Positions 39,218-43,448 of a DNA stretch of 43,448 nt are shown here, in pieces. The position numbers and the translations under genes were made by a program. This stretch comes from Sulfitobacter sp. Lineage in GTDB: Bacteria; Pseudomonadota; Alphaproteobacteria; Rhodobacterales; Rhodobacteraceae. The stretch covers positions 1 to 43,448 of the forward strand of contig JBFGFW010000001.1 of NCBI GenBank assembly GCA_041579395.1. The letters run 5' to 3'. The notes under the pieces are model-generated. The model was given only the letters and a program-made list of their open reading frames with translations, was not told the DNA's origin and made no database searches. Position 1 is the stretch's first letter; every line of letters starts with the position of its first letter.

Positions 39218-41338
39218 ATGCAAGGGCACCCCAGGAATTTTGCGATCGGCCTGCTCTTTGCTGTGCTTGGCGCTCTTGTTGGTTCTGATGGCTCTGCACA
39301 ATCTCTGACGACTTATGGCACGCCCGGTTTGGTGGAAATGCCCACGGCAGAGGTGTTGGACGACGGCGAATTCGCGCTGACCGCCAGCGCTTTTGGTCCG
39401 AACTTCCGGTATACAGCGACGTTTCAGGTACTGCCGCGGATCTACGGCAGTTTCAGGTATTCGGTTATTCAAGGGTTTTCTGCAAATAACGTGAATAGCG
39501 GAAATCTCTATGATCGTAGCTTTGATATACATTTTCAGATTGCGGATGAAACAAGCCTACGTCCTTCGTTGGCCTTCGGTTTGCGGGACTTTCTTGGGAC
39601 CGGCGTTCTGAGCAGCGAGTATTTCGTTGCAACAAAAAGAATAGGCGCAAAAGTAGAAGTGACCGGAGGTCTTGGCTGGGGTCGTCTGGCCGGCAGGGGG
39701 GCCTTTTCAAACCCCCTGGGAGTGCTATCAAGCCGATTTGATACTAGGCCAAAGGGCTTCAGCGGCACTGGAGGTGAGGTCAGTACCAGAAATTGGTTTC
39801 GCGGCGAAACATCTGCATTTGCGGGCATAAAGTGGCACATCAACGATAAAACGACGTTCTTTGCTGAATATTCCCCCGATCTTTACACCCAAGAGTCAAT
39901 CAACACCGGCATCGACATTGCTTCACCGCTTAACCTGGGTCTGGAATATCGGTTCAGAAATGGGCCGACCCTTAAGGGATTTGTCATTGGCGGCAAGGAA
40001 ATCGGTGCGCAGCTTAGCTATGTGATCAATCCGGCCAAACGCCGTAATCCGGGGGGATTGGAAGGGGCACCGCGGTCTGTTGGAGCGCGCAATAATCTGG
40101 CCATCGCGGATTGGAACAATTCTGCCAAAGGTGGCGGCAAGGACGCCGTTCAGCGCGTGCTTAAGGCGCGTCTGGCCGAAGATGGCATGGACTTGCAGGG
40201 CTTTACCATGCAGGGCCAACAAGCGACCGTGCGTGTCGAAAACAAGCGTTGGGATGTCGAGGCGCAGGCTGCCGGCCGCGCAGCACGGGTGATGGCGACG
40301 ACACTGCCCCCAGAAATCGAACAGTTTGCGGTCGTTTTTCTGGCAAAGGGTATGCCGATCTCGCGTGTGGTGACGCAACGCACCGATCTGGAAGAGCTGC
40401 AGTTCGATTATGACGGATCCTGGCGGACTTTAGCGCGCGCACGGATCGAAGATGGCCATGACGAAGATCGCGCTGGCGCATTGGATGATGTCTATCCTGT
40501 CTTTGACACGTCGTTTGGGCCCTATGTGGCAACGTCTTATTTCGACCCCGACAGCCCGATCCGGGCTGATCTGGGGGCACAGCTAAGGCTTACGTATCGG
40601 CCCGCGCCGGGGCTGACGTTCTTCGGGCGATTCCGTTATCCGCTGATTGGCAACATTGCCGACTCTGATCGCTTATCGAATTCTGTGATTGAACCGGTCC
40701 GTAGCAACGCCATCCGCTATGCCAAGGAATCCGACCTTGAGATCAACAACCTGACGGCCGAGTATATTTTCCGTCCGGGCAAGGATCTGTTCGGCCGCGT
40801 ATCCGCCGGCTATCTTGAGTCGATGTTCGGTGGCGTTTCAGCGGAAGTACTGTGGTACCCCGTTGCCAGCCGTCTCGCCCTGGGTGCCGAAATCAACTAT
40901 GTGAAGCAGCGCGACTTCGACATGCTTTTGGGCTTTCAGGATTATGAAGTCCTGACCGGTCATGGTTCTGCGTATTATGATTTCGGCAATGGGTTCTTTG
41001 GGCAGCTTGATGTTGGCCGCTATCTGGCCGGGGATTATGGCGCGACCATTTCCATCGACCGCGAATTCAACAACGGCTTCAAGATTGGTGGATATTTCAC
41101 GCTGACAGATGTGCCGTTCGACGATTTTGGTGAAGGGTCTTTTGATAAGGGTCTTCGGATCGAAATCCCGCTCTCGTGGTTCACGGGCAAACCGTCGCGC
41201 AGATCCGTTGGCCAGACGATCCAGCCGATCACCCGTGACGGCGGCGCGCGGCTTGAGGTTGCGAACCGACTGCACGGCGTGGTGCGGGATTACCGCGGTA
41301 AGGAACTGCGTGACGGTTGGGGGAGGTATCTGCGATGA
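39218..41338 (+). CDS. YjbH/GfcD-family outer-membrane protein
   Basis: Signal peptide, YGTPGLVEMPTA, DRSFD, EY.VATK, GYLESMFGG, GRYLAGDYG and GEGSFDKG..I.IP. Confidence 0.9.
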   Translation: MQGHPRNFAIGLLFAVLGALVGSDGSAQSLTTYGTPGLVEMPTAEVLDDGEFALTASAFGPNFRYTATFQVLPRIYGSFRYSVIQGFSANNVNSGNLYDRSFDIHFQIADETSLRPSLAFGLRDFLGTGVLSSEYFVATKRIGAKVEVTGGLGWGRLAGRGAFSNPLGVLSSRFDTRPKGFSGTGGEVSTRNWFRGETSAFAGIKWHINDKTTFFAEYSPDLYTQESINTGIDIASPLNLGLEYRFRNGPTLKGFVIGGKEIGAQLSYVINPAKRRNPGGLEGAPRSVGARNNLAIADWNNSAKGGGKDAVQRVLKARLAEDGMDLQGFTMQGQQATVRVENKRWDVEAQAAGRAARVMATTLPPEIEQFAVVFLAKGMPISRVVTQRTDLEELQFDYDGSWRTLARARIEDGHDEDRAGALDDVYPVFDTSFGPYVATSYFDPDSPIRADLGAQLRLTYRPAPGLTFFGRFRYPLIGNIADSDRLSNSVIEPVRSNAIRYAKESDLEINNLTAEYIFRPGKDLFGRVSAGYLESMFGGVSAEVLWYPVASRLALGAEINYVKQRDFDMLLGFQDYEVLTGHGSAYYDFGNGFFGQLDVGRYLAGDYGATISIDREFNNGFKIGGYFTLTDVPFDDFGEGSFDKGLRIEIPLSWFTGKPSRRSVGQTIQPITRDGGARLEVANRLHGVVRDYRGKELRDGWGRYLR

Positions 41339-41994
41339 AACTTCGATTTGCAGTGCTTGCCTTGGGACTATCGTTTCTTTCGGCCTGTGCGACGGGGCAA
41401 AGCCTTTTTTCACGCGGTGTTGCTATCGCAACGAATGAGCCGACAGCGGCATCACAAGCGGCCGGTCAGTACCCGCCGCGCTTTGCCGCGTTGATCGCTG
41501 ATCGAAACAGCCCGGCGTTGATTGTCACAATCGAAAGCCGCGACCAAAAAGGCCGTCTCCTGCGCGAAAGCAAGATCAACGGCGTCGAAACCTGGCTAAG
41601 CTCTGATCTGACAGCAATGATGTTGGAAAACGGCATGTTGCAGGGAACGCGCGGCTTGGGGTCCACGCTGTTTGCCGCTGATCTGTCGGAGCCCATGCGT
41701 CTGATCCTGTCTGGCCAACGGGGATATGCGGATCGGTTGCACAGCAATCTGACGGGCAATGACCAGATCGTGACACGGACCTACCGTTGTCTGGTCGAGA
41801 CGGAAGGAACAAGCACAATTTCGCTTGAAATTGGCGTTACGCCGACGCGCGTGATGACGGAAGACTGCAAAAGTCTGGACCAGGCCTTTCGAAATACGTA
41901 CTGGGTCAGCAATAGAAGCGGTGCCATCGTTCAGGCACGGCAATGGGCAGGGGACGAATTGGGTTACATTGCAACCCAAGCTGCAACCCGCTGA
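41335..41994 (+). CDS. YjbF/GfcB-family lipoprotein
   Basis: Lipobox LSAC, G.L.GTRGLG and E.C......F.N.YWV...G....RQW. ATGA overlap with the YjbH-like gene. Confidence 0.82.
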   Translation: MKLRFAVLALGLSFLSACATGQSLFSRGVAIATNEPTAASQAAGQYPPRFAALIADRNSPALIVTIESRDQKGRLLRESKINGVETWLSSDLTAMMLENGMLQGTRGLGSTLFAADLSEPMRLILSGQRGYADRLHSNLTGNDQIVTRTYRCLVETEGTSTISLEIGVTPTRVMTEDCKSLDQAFRNTYWVSNRSGAIVQARQWAGDELGYIATQAATR

Positions 41995-42056
41995 TGAAGG
42001 AATGGACCAAAGCCACATTGGCTGATGCGTCAAGTGACTGAATGGGAGTGACGATC

Positions 42057-43412
42057 GTGCGATACCTTTTGGTGGCCCTGCTGGGGCTAAGTCTGGCAAG
42101 TTGTGGAGCAGTCTATCGGACCCCCAAGGTTGTCGAAGGCGCAGCGGGCGGCACAAATGTCCGCGTTGTGGATCTGACGGCCGAAACCGTCGTGCAAGCC
42201 AACAGGTCGGCCTATGCACCGCAGACGTTGCCTGCGTTCTTTTCACAGACTGCCGGGTCCGGTTCCGGGCTAAGAAGTGCGGGTGCCTTGCCGGCAGCGC
42301 CCCTGCAAAGCCAGACACGCCCGAATGCGCTGGAACTGCGCCTGCCGCCTGCGGCTGATCCCGGCCCCTATGAAATTGGTGTCGGCGATGTTGTCTTGCT
42401 GGCGACCCCACGGGCCGCTTCGTCGATTGAACAGCTGTCGGGCCTGCTGGCCGCGCAGAATGCGCGCCAAGGCTATACCGTTCAGGATGACGGATCGATC
42501 AATATCCCCGATGTGGGCCGTGTGCGCATTGTCGGCCTCACCATCGAAGACGCCGAAGCAGCTTTGTTCCAGCGGCTTGTCGAAAACCAAATCGACCCGA
42601 CATTCAGCCTGGAAATTGCGGAATTCAACTCGCGCAAGATCTCTATCGGGGGGGCTGTGGCCAACCCGACGGTCGTGCCTGTGACGCTGACACCCCTTTA
42701 TCTGGAAGAAGCGCTGGCTGCGGCGGGCGGCATCACTGTCGATGATCAGGATTACGCGTCAATCCGTCTGTATCGCGATGGTACCTTGTACCAGATCCCC
42801 CTGTCGCAGCTTTATTCCCGCGCAAGTCTGACCAAGACAAGGTTGCTGCCGGGCGATGCGATTTTCGTCGATACTGAGTACGAACTGACGCGGGCCCAAG
42901 ATTATTTTGCTCAACAGATTACGCTGATTCAAGCGCGCCAGTCCGCACGCTCGTCTGCCTTGCAGGAATTGCAGCTTGAAGTGAGTTTGCGCCAGTCCAG
43001 CCTAACGGAAGCGCGCGAAAACTATAAAACCCGCGTCGAACTTGGTGCCGACAATCGCCAATATGTGTATCTCAGTGGCGAGGTTGGCACACAGTCCCGC
43101 TTTGCCTTGCCGTTTGAACGAACGGCTAGCCTAGCGGATGCACTTTATGATGCTGGCGGCATTGCATCTGCGACGGGCGATGTATCGCAGATTTACGTGT
43201 TGCGCTCATCTTCTGATCCGCGTGAATTCGGGGCCGTGACGGCGTGGCATCTGGATGCCCGAAACGCCGGTAATCTCGCCCTGGTGCCCCGCTTTGAACT
43301 GCGCCCCGATGACATCATCTTTATCGCGCAGCAGCCCGTTACCAAATGGAGCCGCGCCGTGTCACAGATCCTTCCGCAGATCATCAGCGCAGGGGCCACA
43401 CTGACCAACTGA
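42057..43412 (+). CDS. wza: Polysaccharide export outer-membrane lipoprotein (Wza/OPX)
   Basis: Lipobox LASC, YEIGVGD, VQDDGSI.IP.VG, SLBB-type repeats and C-terminal L.P.DII...P...W.R..SQILP. Start GTG 42057 (alternative ATG 42042). Confidence 0.88.
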   Translation: MRYLLVALLGLSLASCGAVYRTPKVVEGAAGGTNVRVVDLTAETVVQANRSAYAPQTLPAFFSQTAGSGSGLRSAGALPAAPLQSQTRPNALELRLPPAADPGPYEIGVGDVVLLATPRAASSIEQLSGLLAAQNARQGYTVQDDGSINIPDVGRVRIVGLTIEDAEAALFQRLVENQIDPTFSLEIAEFNSRKISIGGAVANPTVVPVTLTPLYLEEALAAAGGITVDDQDYASIRLYRDGTLYQIPLSQLYSRASLTKTRLLPGDAIFVDTEYELTRAQDYFAQQITLIQARQSARSSALQELQLEVSLRQSSLTEARENYKTRVELGADNRQYVYLSGEVGTQSRFALPFERTASLADALYDAGGIASATGDVSQIYVLRSSSDPREFGAVTAWHLDARNAGNLALVPRFELRPDDIIFIAQQPVTKWSRAVSQILPQIISAGATLTN

Positions 43413-43448
43413 TCAGGTCCTATCGAAACAGGGCAGAGGCCGGGCATG

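Overview
This is a GC-rich alphaproteobacterial chromosome segment. Gene content and order point to Rhodobacterales/Roseobacter group (inference). It is mostly core genes: argG, ilvA, hslO, cca, hemH, comF-grxC-nitrilase, ubiG, pip, rimP-nusA-ylxR-infB, mutT-argJ-parvulin and secA. The right end is the start of a surface-polysaccharide locus (priming sugar transferase, PPP-type phosphatase, YjbH/YjbF, Wza). I saw no tRNA, rRNA, CRISPR array or transposase. The main leads are: (1) a cell-envelope cluster at 15.0-17.3 kb, with two YkuD-family enzymes (one ErfK-like, one DpaA/LdtF-like), a CAP lipoprotein and a 60-aa signal-peptide/TM mini-protein whose mature N-terminus is Gly, which is a candidate covalent peptidoglycan-tether system; (2) an orphan GTA head-spike-base-like gene at the edge of the capsule locus; (3) a 44-aa ORF missing from the ORF track; (4) a DAGK/metallophosphoesterase cassette with an EcfG-like promoter, whose last gene overlaps the infB hairpin; (5) a class IV aminotransferase coupled to a sulfotransferase-like gene; (6) a half-size orphan peptide-binding protein. 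All family calls come from motif recognition only; no searches were run.
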